Of a stretch of 58,467 nt of DNA, positions 36,421-44,826 are shown piece after piece (position 1 is the stretch's first letter; every line of letters starts with the position of its first letter). Under the pieces are notes generated by a model that saw only the letters and a list, made by a program, of their open reading frames with translations, was not told the DNA's origin and ran no database searches. The position numbers were made by a program, and so were the translations under genes. The stretch comes from an uncultured Alphaproteobacteria bacterium (GTDB lineage: Bacteria > Pseudomonadota > Alphaproteobacteria > CAAHEQ01 > UBA3637). The stretch is from assembly GCA_949282845.1 (NCBI GenBank), contig CASDQF010000022.1:1-58467 (forward strand). The letters are read 5' to 3'.

Positions 36421-37785
36421 ATGCCTGCAACAACAATGGATCAACTTGTATCATTATGTAAACGTCGTGGATTTATTTTTCAAAACGCAGATATTTATGG
36501 AGGTTTACAAGGTATATATGATTATGGTCCGTTAGGCGTGGAATTAAAAAACAATTTAAAGGCTGCCTGGTGGCGTTCCATGGTTTATGAACGAGATGAC
36601 GTTGAAGGCTTGGATGCTGCTATTTTAACACATCGTAAAGTCCTACAATACAGTGGTCATGAAGCAACCTTTACAGATCCTCTTTGCGACTGCAAAAAAT
36701 GCAAAGCCAGAATGAGAGCTGATCATATTAAAGATGGTAAATGTCCTAATTGTGGTTCAACAGATTTAACAGAACCTCGTCCGTTTAACTTGATGTTTAA
36801 AACAACGGTTGGTCCAATTGATGATGGTTCAAATTACGCTTATTTACGTCCAGAAACGGCTCAAGCTATTTTTACGCAATTCAAAAATGTCGTTGATTCC
36901 ACCGCTCGAAAAGTTCCTTTTGGAATTGCTCAAATCGGAAAGTCTTTCCGGAATGAAATTACCCCTCGTAATTTCGTTTTCCGTGTTCGGGAAATGGAAC
37001 AAATGGAGTTAGAATTCTTTGTTAAGCCAGGAACAGATGAAGAGTGGCATGAAAAATGGAAAGAAGCACGCGTTAAGTGGTGGGAAGAACAAGGACTAAA
37101 ACCCGAAAATATTCATATTCACAAAATCGCAAAAGAAGATTTAGCCCACTATTCAAAAGCGACATATGATATTGAGTTTAAATTTCCTCATGGAATTGAA
37201 GAATTAGAGGGAATTGCCAATAGAACAGACTATGATTTAGGCAATCATACACGCTATCAGAATGAACTTAACTTAACTTCTCATGTTCATGAAAATAAAG
37301 ACAGTGAAGCAAAACTGGCTGTTTATGATGATCAAGAAAAAAAATGGTTTGTTCCTTTTGTTATTGAACCATCTGCCGGCGTCGACCGCGGTGTGTTAGC
37401 TGTTTTAACAGAGGCTTATACTGAAGAAACATTACCGAATGGAGAAACACGAACTGTTTTGAAATTAAAAAAACACTTAGCCCCTGTAAAAGTGGCCGTT
37501 ATTCCATTAAAGCGCAATCATCCGCAAATTGTTGAGCTTGCACATCAGATTAAACAAGACTTGCTAAAAACAGGTATTGGACGCATTATGTTTGAAGACA
37601 GCGGAAATATCGGTAAAGCATATCGGCGTCATGATGAAATCGGAACACCTGTGTGTGTAACTGTTGATTTTGAATCAATTGAACAACAACCAGCGACTGT
37701 TACTTTACGTGACAGAGATACTATGAAACAGGAGCGAATTGAAGTATCTAAGTTAGCTGATTATCTAAAACAACTGTTTATGTAA
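36421..37785 (+). CDS. glyQS: Glycine--tRNA ligase, homodimeric alpha2 (GlyQS) type
   Basis: [28 protein letters not shown]..., [33 protein letters not shown], and the zinc-ribbon-like [24 protein letters not shown] insert. Confidence 0.92.
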   Translation: MPATTMDQLVSLCKRRGFIFQNADIYGGLQGIYDYGPLGVELKNNLKAAWWRSMVYERDDVEGLDAAILTHRKVLQYSGHEATFTDPLCDCKKCKARMRADHIKDGKCPNCGSTDLTEPRPFNLMFKTTVGPIDDGSNYAYLRPETAQAIFTQFKNVVDSTARKVPFGIAQIGKSFRNEITPRNFVFRVREMEQMELEFFVKPGTDEEWHEKWKEARVKWWEEQGLKPENIHIHKIAKEDLAHYSKATYDIEFKFPHGIEELEGIANRTDYDLGNHTRYQNELNLTSHVHENKDSEAKLAVYDDQEKKWFVPFVIEPSAGVDRGVLAVLTEAYTEETLPNGETRTVLKLKKHLAPVKVAVIPLKRNHPQIVELAHQIKQDLLKTGIGRIMFEDSGNIGKAYRRHDEIGTPVCVTVDFESIEQQPATVTLRDRDTMKQERIEVSKLADYLKQLFM

Positions 37786-37790
37786 ATTGT

Positions 37791-37819
37791 AAAAAAGCTC
37801 TCTTTCGAGAGCTTTTTTA
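37791..37819. terminator. Bidirectional Rho-independent terminator
   Basis: AAGCTCTC-tttc-GAGAGCTT, flanked by an A-run and a T-run, between convergent genes. Confidence 0.75.
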
Positions 37820-38257
37820 TTATCTTTGCAAAGCTTTTTGTTGCAGTAAAGCTGCCTGTAATTGTTGTCTTTTATTGACCTCAATTCGAACAGTATCAGC
37901 CTCAAGTGAAGAATGTTTTTGCTGATATTGTCTAACTGTCCGAGCAACTTTTGGAGAAATCTCCATTAAATCATGAATAGACAGATCAATATTATGTAAA
38001 TAAGAAACGGCCGCTGCTGTTTGAGCCATTTCATTTTGAATTTTCATTTTTTCTTCATCGACTTTAAGACCTTTTTCTTTCCACTCATCCAACAATAGTT
38101 TTGGTGGATTAAAAGCCAAATTTTCTTGGACACTATCGGCCAACTCATCTAACTGTTTTAAAGTTTTCTCATCATAATACTTTTCTGCCAGATTACGAGC
38201 CTTACCTAAAATGGTTCCATCATAAGCAATTTTTCTACTGATTTCATCTATTTTCAT
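37820..38257 (-). CDS. Hypothetical helical protein (145 aa)
   Basis: Track ORF trimmed to MKIDEISRK (RBS AAGGAG upstream). The longer version runs through the divergent promoter region. Confidence 0.5.
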   Translation of the reverse strand: MKIDEISRKIAYDGTILGKARNLAEKYYDEKTLKQLDELADSVQENLAFNPPKLLLDEWKEKGLKVDEEKMKIQNEMAQTAAAVSYLHNIDLSIHDLMEISPKVARTVRQYQQKHSSLEADTVRIEVNKRQQLQAALLQQKALQR

Positions 38258-38335
38258 TTCTAAACTCCTTTGCCGAAAAATTAAGTATACACGATTCCAA
38301 TATTTTATGTCAATGTTTTTGTTTATAATAAACAA

Positions 38336-38364
38336 TTGACGCTTAATTATCGACTTATTAAGAT
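38336..38364 (+). promoter_or_regulatory. Putative sigma70 promoter for the HD-PHP-EamA operon
   Basis: TTGACG (38336-38341), a 17-nt spacer, then TAAGAT (38359-38364). RBS AAGGAGA precedes the ATG at 38385. Confidence 0.4.
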
Positions 38365-38384
38365 AGCTCACAAAAGGAGAAACC

Positions 38385-39215
38385 ATGATTGAAGAAAACT
38401 TAACAATAGCTCTAGATCTTTTAAACACGAAAATAAAAGAAGCTTCCAATCAAATTAAATACTATACCTGGTGTGAAGCCTTTGTTCATGAAAAAGTTAA
38501 ACATACACTGGATGTGTTAGCCGTTGCCCAAGAACTTCTATCTATGCGTAAAATTCCTTTTTCAAATGAACAAGCCGAGCGGCTTTTATTTGGTGCCTTA
38601 ATGCATGATATCGGTCGTTTTCGAGAAATTCCTCTACTAGCGCAAAATCCTGCATCAAAACATGACCATGGGAAATATTCAGCTGATATACTTCGAGAAG
38701 AAGGACTGGCAGATGAAGCTATGCTATTAGCCATTCAACATCATGGACACAGAACACAAGAGCTTGAGAAAGATATCCTTTTTCTTCGACTTTCTTCAGA
38801 ACAACAAACGGATTGTCGACAAATTTTTGAATTGATACAAGATGCTGATAAAATTGCAAATTGGCAGCTTTATGCTGATAATCCAAGCATGGTTAATCGC
38901 ATTAATTTAGTCAAATATCCTCCGACCAAAGAAATTTCTAAAGAGATTTTACAGAATTTTAAAAACAACGAAATTGCCGATTACCGTTTTGCAAAAGGGT
39001 TTGAAGATTTCTTAATAGGTTCACTTTCTTGGATTTTTGAAATACATTGGTTAGTCTCTTTTCAACTTTTACAAAGACGAAATTTATTAGATCGCGTTTT
39101 CTTCCAAGCCGGAAAAGATATGAATGATCCTCTTCTTTTAATGAATTTACAACGGACCGCTCAAGCTTTTCTTGACTCAAAACTGGAAAAGTTAAGTCAA
39201 AAGGAAGCTTCATGA
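38385..39215 (+). CDS. HD-domain protein
   Basis: H...HD...H...D pattern: HTLDVLAV, ALMHDIGR, QHHGH, QDADK. Confidence 0.7.
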   Translation: MIEENLTIALDLLNTKIKEASNQIKYYTWCEAFVHEKVKHTLDVLAVAQELLSMRKIPFSNEQAERLLFGALMHDIGRFREIPLLAQNPASKHDHGKYSADILREEGLADEAMLLAIQHHGHRTQELEKDILFLRLSSEQQTDCRQIFELIQDADKIANWQLYADNPSMVNRINLVKYPPTKEISKEILQNFKNNEIADYRFAKGFEDFLIGSLSWIFEIHWLVSFQLLQRRNLLDRVFFQAGKDMNDPLLLMNLQRTAQAFLDSKLEKLSQKEAS

Positions 39216-40048
39216 TTGATTTACATACGCATTCAACAGCGTCTGATGGTTCCTTTTCTCCGGAACAGCTGATTCAAAAAGCTCATGAAATAAACTTAAA
39301 AGCAATTGCATTAACAGACCATGATGTTGTATCGGGTATTCCACATTTTTTAAGAGCAGCTCAATTTTATCCCGATTTACAAGCTATCCCCGGGGTTGAA
39401 CTCGGTGTTGACCATTCGGCCAATATAGAAATTTTAGCTTTATTTATTCCGAATTTACTGCCCTTTCAACAACGAGAAAAAGAATTATTAGCTATTCGTA
39501 ATGAAGCCAACCATAAAAGACTTGAATTATTTAATCAAATAGGAATTCCTCTTTCTTGGGAAGATGTTGCTCTAGATGAGAAAGGCCAACAACGCCGTTT
39601 AATTGGGAAGCCTCACTTTGCGGAGGCTTTATTAAAAAAAGGATTTATTTCTTCTTTTCGTGAAGCTTTTGATAAATACATGGGAGATGGACGTCCTATC
39701 TATGTCAAAAAAAATGATCCTTCTGTCGAAGAAACTATTACCTTTATTCGAGAAAATGGAGCTTTTCCAATTTTAGCCCATCCTTGTCACATAAATTACA
39801 AAGGAAATGATTTATTTGAGCTCATAAAAGATTTACAATCAAAAGGATTAATGGGAATTGAGGTCTATCATTCTGATCATACGATAGAACAAACAAAACA
39901 ATATTTAGAAATAGCTCATACACTTCATCTTTTAATTTCTGGAGGCTCTGATTTTCATGGTGCTCCACATCCAGACGTGCAATTAGGAATAGGGAAAGGA
40001 AATCTTTCAATTCCTGACGATCTTTTATTACAATTTCAAAATACATAG
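39212..40048 (+). CDS. PHP-domain phosphoesterase, TrpH/YciV-like
   Basis: IDLHTHSTASDG, ALTDHD, AHP and GGSDFHG motifs. ATGA overlap with the HD gene. Confidence 0.8.
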   Translation: MIDLHTHSTASDGSFSPEQLIQKAHEINLKAIALTDHDVVSGIPHFLRAAQFYPDLQAIPGVELGVDHSANIEILALFIPNLLPFQQREKELLAIRNEANHKRLELFNQIGIPLSWEDVALDEKGQQRRLIGKPHFAEALLKKGFISSFREAFDKYMGDGRPIYVKKNDPSVEETITFIRENGAFPILAHPCHINYKGNDLFELIKDLQSKGLMGIEVYHSDHTIEQTKQYLEIAHTLHLLISGGSDFHGAPHPDVQLGIGKGNLSIPDDLLLQFQNT

Positions 40049-40095
40049 GAACTTGAATTCATTCATTGCCTCTCCCATATAGAAGGGGGGAGAAA

Positions 40096-40986
40096 ATGGC
40101 ATATTTGTATCTTATCTTATCAGGCATTTTGTTTGGAGGTATCGTATTCGGTGGAAAAATTCTGATGAATATGGGAGCTTCTTTATTTGAAGTAATGCTC
40201 TATCCTGAAATTTTATCTTTGTTGGTAATATTATATCCTGCTCGACGTGATTTTAAAAGATTCTTGAAAATTCCTCTGAAAATCATTTTTCTTCTCATGT
40301 TTTCAATGCTTATGATTAACTTAGGTGAATTCATGCCAATTATTCTAAATATTCCGGTCTCTCTTATCGTTTTAATTCTTTACTTACAACCCTTATGGAC
40401 AATTTTAATTGAGCAATTTTATTTTCATAAAAAGCAACCCAAAATAGACTGGATTTTAGTTGCTATTATGTTAATTGGTATGATTATTTTAGTTAATCCA
40501 TTCAATGATAAGCAATTCTCCACGCCAGGTATTATCTCTTCTTTTTTAGGAGGCTTAGGCCTTTCTTTATGGGTTTTCATAACCCGCCATTTAAGACTAC
40601 AAGGCATTTCAATTTATGGAACTTTTCTAGCTACTAACATTTTCTCTATTTTACCTATCCTTTTTTTATTTTCCCTTGCAGAATTAACATATCAAAATCT
40701 AACGCTTCGTATACTCAGTTTTGATTTGCCACCCTTATTATGCGATGCTTTTATCTTTTACAGTATGATTATTTTTACACTACCTAACTTGCTTTTATAT
40801 AAAGCCAGCGTTTCTATTTCCGCCACAACTGTTGGAATGGTTTTATTGCTAGAACCCGTTACGGCTGTTATTTTAGATGTCTTATTTTTTTAAAGCCCCT
40901 TAACATTAAATATCATCCTTGGAGGTCTTCTCATTCTAGGAGCAAATATATATCTTATTCTAGAAAAGAAAAGTCAAGTTCATTAG
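40096..40986 (+). pseudogene. EamA/DMT-family transporter interrupted by an in-frame TAA (40891-40893)
   Basis: The ORF stops at ...LLLEPVTAVILDVLFF*. The same frame continues SPLTLNIILGGLLILGANIYLILEKKSQVH*, which is the missing last TM helix. The stop sits where EamA repeats usually have a conserved Glu. Confidence 0.6.
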
Positions 40987-41726
40987 CTTTTAGAGGGCAT
41001 AAAAAAGATAGTTACCTCATACAATGCTAAAAGCGGCAAGGCTAAACAGAGCTGACTAACAACATCAGGCGGCGTTAAAATAGCGGCAACAATAAAAATT
41101 AAAACAATAGCGAAACGTCTAAATTTAATCAAAGATTGAGCCGTCAGAATACCGACTTTTCCAAGAAGGATTAAAATTAATGGCAGCTCGAAAGCCATAC
41201 CGAAAGCCGTTAAAAGCCCTGTGGTCAAAGACAAATATTCTGACATTTTAGCTTCTAATTGTATCGGTAGCATTGTATCGGGCATTTGAAAACCCAAAAA
41301 AAACAAATACGCCATAGGTAATACAACCCAATAAGCAAAAAGAGCACCAATTAAAAACAAAATCGGAGCAACAAAAACAAAAATCATAAAGGCTCGTTTT
41401 TCATGAGGAAAAAGTCCCGGACATACAAAAGCAAAAACCTCATAAGCGAGAATAGGTATAGATAAGAAAAAACCAGCGAACAAAGAAACTTTAAAAACCG
41501 TCATGAAGCCTTCAGCTACGCCTGTATAAATCAAGCGATGGGTGCTATCTGTCTGCTTCATTGCAACAGCAAGAGGTCGCATTAAAACATCCAACAACTC
41601 TTCTTTAAAATAAGAAGCTAGGAAACTTAAAATGACAAACGAAACCGCCCAAATTAATAACCGCCACCGAAGTTCATTAAAATGAGCCCCTAAAGTATCG
41701 GCTTCATTTATCCTCTTCTTTCCCAA
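40983..41726 (-). CDS. tatC: Twin-arginine translocase subunit TatC
   Basis: HFNELRWRLL..., six TM helices, and PPD near the end. The track start is a TTG, and the gene overlaps the tatB end by 23 nt. Confidence 0.9.
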   Translation of the reverse strand: MGKKRINEADTLGAHFNELRWRLLIWAVSFVILSFLASYFKEELLDVLMRPLAVAMKQTDSTHRLIYTGVAEGFMTVFKVSLFAGFFLSIPILAYEVFAFVCPGLFPHEKRAFMIFVFVAPILFLIGALFAYWVVLPMAYLFFLGFQMPDTMLPIQLEAKMSEYLSLTTGLLTAFGMAFELPLILILLGKVGILTAQSLIKFRRFAIVLIFIVAAILTPPDVVSQLCLALPLLALYEVTIFFMPSKS

Positions 41727-41883
41727 TGTCTTCTATCTCCTGTTTCAGACGGCGCCAGTAAGATGACGCATTACCTGCGAATTGACCAAGTGTATGCATA
41801 AAACCGGCTGCTTGCTTTGGACCAATAACCAGCAAAGCCACACCAGCAATAACGATTAGCTCCCAAAAACCAATTCCGAACAC
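41704..41883 (-). CDS. tatB: Twin-arginine translocase subunit TatB (short, 59 aa, GTG start)
   Basis: Not in the ORF track. The reverse strand reads (V/M)FGIGFWELIVIAGVALLVIGPKQAAGFMHTLGQFAGNASSYWRRLKQEIEDIGKEEDK*. It begins on the base after the tatA stop. Confidence 0.75.
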   Translation of the reverse strand: MFGIGFWELIVIAGVALLVIGPKQAAGFMHTLGQFAGNASSYWRRLKQEIEDIGKEEDK

Positions 41884-42231
41884 TTAGGCCTTCTTTTTAG
41901 TTGAACCTTTAGCTGAAGCTGTTTTTTTTGTTGTCGCTTTCTTAACCGCTGTTTTTGTCGAAGTCTTACGAGCTGTTGTTTTCTTTGTTGCTTTCTTCTT
42001 AGCTACTGATTTTTTCACCGTAGACTTAGCAACAACTGGCTCAGCTGAAACTTTCTCTAACTTCTCATATACAGAAACAGGTTTTACAGGTTCTTCTTCT
42101 CCCTCTTTCAGTCCTTTCTTAAAAGAGTTAACACTCGACCCTAAAGAACGTGCTAATTTAGGAACTTGAGCCCCTCCAAAAATAATTAACACAACCAGTA
42201 AGATCAATAAAAGCTCTGTATGACCAATCAT
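41884..42231 (-). CDS. tatA: Twin-arginine translocase subunit TatA with a Lys/Ala/Thr-rich C-terminal extension
   Basis: MIGHTELLLILLVVLIIFGGAQVPKLARSLGSSVNSFKKGLKE is a TatA core. RBS AAGGAGG. Confidence 0.85.
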   Translation of the reverse strand: MIGHTELLLILLVVLIIFGGAQVPKLARSLGSSVNSFKKGLKEGEEEPVKPVSVYEKLEKVSAEPVVAKSTVKKSVAKKKATKKTTARKTSTKTAVKKATTKKTASAKGSTKKKA

Positions 42232-42244
42232 TTTAACCTCCTTT

Positions 42245-42919
42245 TTAGATCAACCAACTTATAATGCGTAATAACCCTGTTCTCATCCATAGCATATAAT
42301 GCCCTATAATGTCTAGATTTAGATGTAAAATTCGTCCCAAATAAGGCAAACCTATTAATAAAAACAAAAATAATAAAAATCCATATTGTTCTGTCTTTGC
42401 ATATTCTCGAGCCCACTTGTCCGGTAAAATAGAAGCAATAATACGACCTCCGTCTAAAGGGAGCATTGGAAATAGATTAAATGCGCACAATGAAATGGAG
42501 ATGACAAAAAGAGCCTCGAAATTTCCCCTCACCCATCCAAATAAACCTTTTGCCGGTAAATATTTTTCAAACAAAGCTAAAACGAAAATAGCTCCGATAG
42601 CCAATAAAAAATTCATCAACGGACCGGCAAGAGCAACTAATCCCATATCTCTTTTTGGGTCTCTTAAAGCTTCAAAGCGAACCGGAACTGGCTTAGCCCA
42701 TCCAAACATAAAAGGAGAATGAGATAAAAATAAAATCGCCGGTATAAAAATACTTCCTATCGGATCAATATGATGCAGCGGATTAAGTGTTAATCGCCCT
42801 TCTTTTTGTGCCGTATGATCTCCTAATTTCAAGGCAACCCAACCATGCGCCAATTCATGCAAAACAATTGCTAAAAAAAGCGGAATAATAAACATAGAAA
42901 AGTTCATTAAATCAAACAT
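42245..42919 (-). CDS. Site-2 protease family (peptidase M50) membrane metalloprotease
   Basis: HELAHG zinc motif and LPLDGGRI, in a polytopic protein. Confidence 0.8.
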   Translation of the reverse strand: MFDLMNFSMFIIPLFLAIVLHELAHGWVALKLGDHTAQKEGRLTLNPLHHIDPIGSIFIPAILFLSHSPFMFGWAKPVPVRFEALRDPKRDMGLVALAGPLMNFLLAIGAIFVLALFEKYLPAKGLFGWVRGNFEALFVISISLCAFNLFPMLPLDGGRIIASILPDKWAREYAKTEQYGFLLFLFLLIGLPYLGRILHLNLDIIGHYMLWMRTGLLRIISWLI

Positions 42920-43862
42920 ATAATAAAGCCTGCCCTTGCTGCAATCGCTTCAAAGCTTCTTCTGAAAGATATGGTATACTCTCTGCAATCTTTTTCATTT
43001 CGTCCAAGATACCATTACAATGCAATACTGCATCACATCCTGCTTGAACAGAAGCAATTGTATTATCAACAATATTCCCTTTAAGAGCTCCCATTGTAAT
43101 ATCATCACTAATTAAAAATCCCTGAAAACCTATTTTCTCACGAATAAAACGAAGGACTGTTGGAGAAAGAGTTGCCGGCAACTCTGTATCTAACGCTTCA
43201 TATAATACATGAGCCGTCATCCCCCAAACAGGTTGTTGAATTTGTTGGAAAGGATAAAAGTCTTTTTCCAATTCTTTCAAATTAGCTTTAACAATAGGCA
43301 AATAATGATGAGGGTCCGTTGTTGCCCGACCATATCCAGGCAAATGTTTAATGATCGGCATTAAACCTTGAGACAACATTTCCTGAACAGCCTCTTTTGC
43401 TAATACAGAAACTATTTTTGGTTCATTCCCGAATAAGCGTTTCCCCATAACATCATGGACATTAGGACTAGAAACATCTAAGCAAGGCCAACAATCAACA
43501 TTTATACCTACATTCAAAAGCATTTTAGATAGCTTTTGAGCATGAATACGAACGCCTTCTATTCCTTTTTCTGGAGATTGAAGATACCAATCCCCGTAAG
43601 TTTGTGCGAATGGCAACCCTTCCCAATAAGGCGGCCATAATCTCTGAACTCTTCCTCCTTCTTGATCAACCAAAATAGGAACATTCTCTCGCTCTACACA
43701 AGCTCTTAAATCTGTTGTTAAGCTCTTTAACTGCTCTGGATCCTTAACATTTCGATCAAAAATAATAAACCCCAACGGATTAACTGAATGAAAAAAGTCT
43801 GCTTCCTCTGGAGAAAGCGTTAATCCTCTAACCCCAAAGATAACAGACTTAATTTCTTTCAT
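42912..43862 (-). CDS. nagZ: Beta-N-acetylhexosaminidase (GH3)
   Basis: ILVDQEGGRVQRL, KHLPGYG, SDDITM. Confidence 0.9.
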   Translation of the reverse strand: MKEIKSVIFGVRGLTLSPEEADFFHSVNPLGFIIFDRNVKDPEQLKSLTTDLRACVERENVPILVDQEGGRVQRLWPPYWEGLPFAQTYGDWYLQSPEKGIEGVRIHAQKLSKMLLNVGINVDCWPCLDVSSPNVHDVMGKRLFGNEPKIVSVLAKEAVQEMLSQGLMPIIKHLPGYGRATTDPHHYLPIVKANLKELEKDFYPFQQIQQPVWGMTAHVLYEALDTELPATLSPTVLRFIREKIGFQGFLISDDITMGALKGNIVDNTIASVQAGCDAVLHCNGILDEMKKIAESIPYLSEEALKRLQQGQALLYV

Positions 43863-43871
43863 AAAACTTCC

Positions 43872-44825
43872 TTATTTTGTCAAGCTACAATCTTGCTTAC
43901 GAGCTTTTAATTTATCACATAAAGCCTTTGCATCATTTCTATCTTTGAAATTACCGACTCTCAGACGATAGAAAGTTCCCTTACCTGGAATTTGAGCTTC
44001 CACGACATCATGAGGTAAACCAGACAACAAAGCTGAATGAGCTTTTAAAATTTTAGGCCAAGCTTTTTCTGCACCATTTTTAGAAGGCAAAGAAATCAGC
44101 TGAACATGCCAAGCATTCTGAGACAATCCAGAAACATTGGTTTGAGCTGTTTTCACAGAAGTTGTATCAACTGAAGCTTTTTTAGCCACGGGAATCGGAG
44201 CAACTGGAGCTTTTTGTTCAACTGGCTGAGGCTTAACTGCAGGAACAGAGACTTGCATTGACTTTTCTTTTAAAGACAAAACTTCTAACTCCATCTGATC
44301 TGAACTTTCTGGAACAAAAGTTGGCGCTCCCAAGATTTGACCTTCTTTGGTTGGGATTTCAACTGGTTTTGGTTTTTCCTCTACAACTGGAGCCAAAGGT
44401 TGTTCAGTTTCAGGAAACAATCTTTCAACTTTTGTATCCATATCATCTGTTCGCATCCTTTTATAAACAAGCTTATCTTGATCCGGTATTTCCATTCCGC
44501 CAGGTTCTGCCGGGCGTTCTTTAATCGGTTCAGCATTTCCCGTAATTGTCACAGGAGCCATTTCTTCATCATCTTTGCCGCCAAAGAAGAAAGCACTTGC
44601 TAAAATAGCGATCAGGACACCAATTAAAATCCCGATACCGATTGCATGAAAGCGAAGAGACATAAAAGCTTTATCAGCTTCTTCAGTCTCAGGAAGAGAA
44701 CCTGTTATCCGTTCTTTATATTCAGCCCTAAAATCATAGGGGGTTTCAGAAAATTCATCATCATTTTCTTCTTCTAAAGATGAAAGGGGTTCTTTTTTTT
44801 CTTCATCATCATCAAATAAGTTCAT
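43872..44825 (-). CDS. SPOR-domain cell-division/peptidoglycan-binding protein
   Basis: Trimmed to MNLFDDDEEKK. Acidic N-terminus, one TM helix, a Pro-rich linker, and a C-terminal SPOR domain (WHVQLISLPS...GTFYRLRVGNFKDRNDAKALCDKLK). Confidence 0.85.
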   Translation of the reverse strand: MNLFDDDEEKKEPLSSLEEENDDEFSETPYDFRAEYKERITGSLPETEEADKAFMSLRFHAIGIGILIGVLIAILASAFFFGGKDDEEMAPVTITGNAEPIKERPAEPGGMEIPDQDKLVYKRMRTDDMDTKVERLFPETEQPLAPVVEEKPKPVEIPTKEGQILGAPTFVPESSDQMELEVLSLKEKSMQVSVPAVKPQPVEQKAPVAPIPVAKKASVDTTSVKTAQTNVSGLSQNAWHVQLISLPSKNGAEKAWPKILKAHSALLSGLPHDVVEAQIPGKGTFYRLRVGNFKDRNDAKALCDKLKARKQDCSLTK

Positions 44826-44826
44826 T

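Noticed and set aside
42228-42722. ORFs 42228..42416(-) and 42417..42722(+) overlapping the M50 protease gene
   Set aside because: Shadow ORFs. The M50 frame carries HELAHG and the DG motif.
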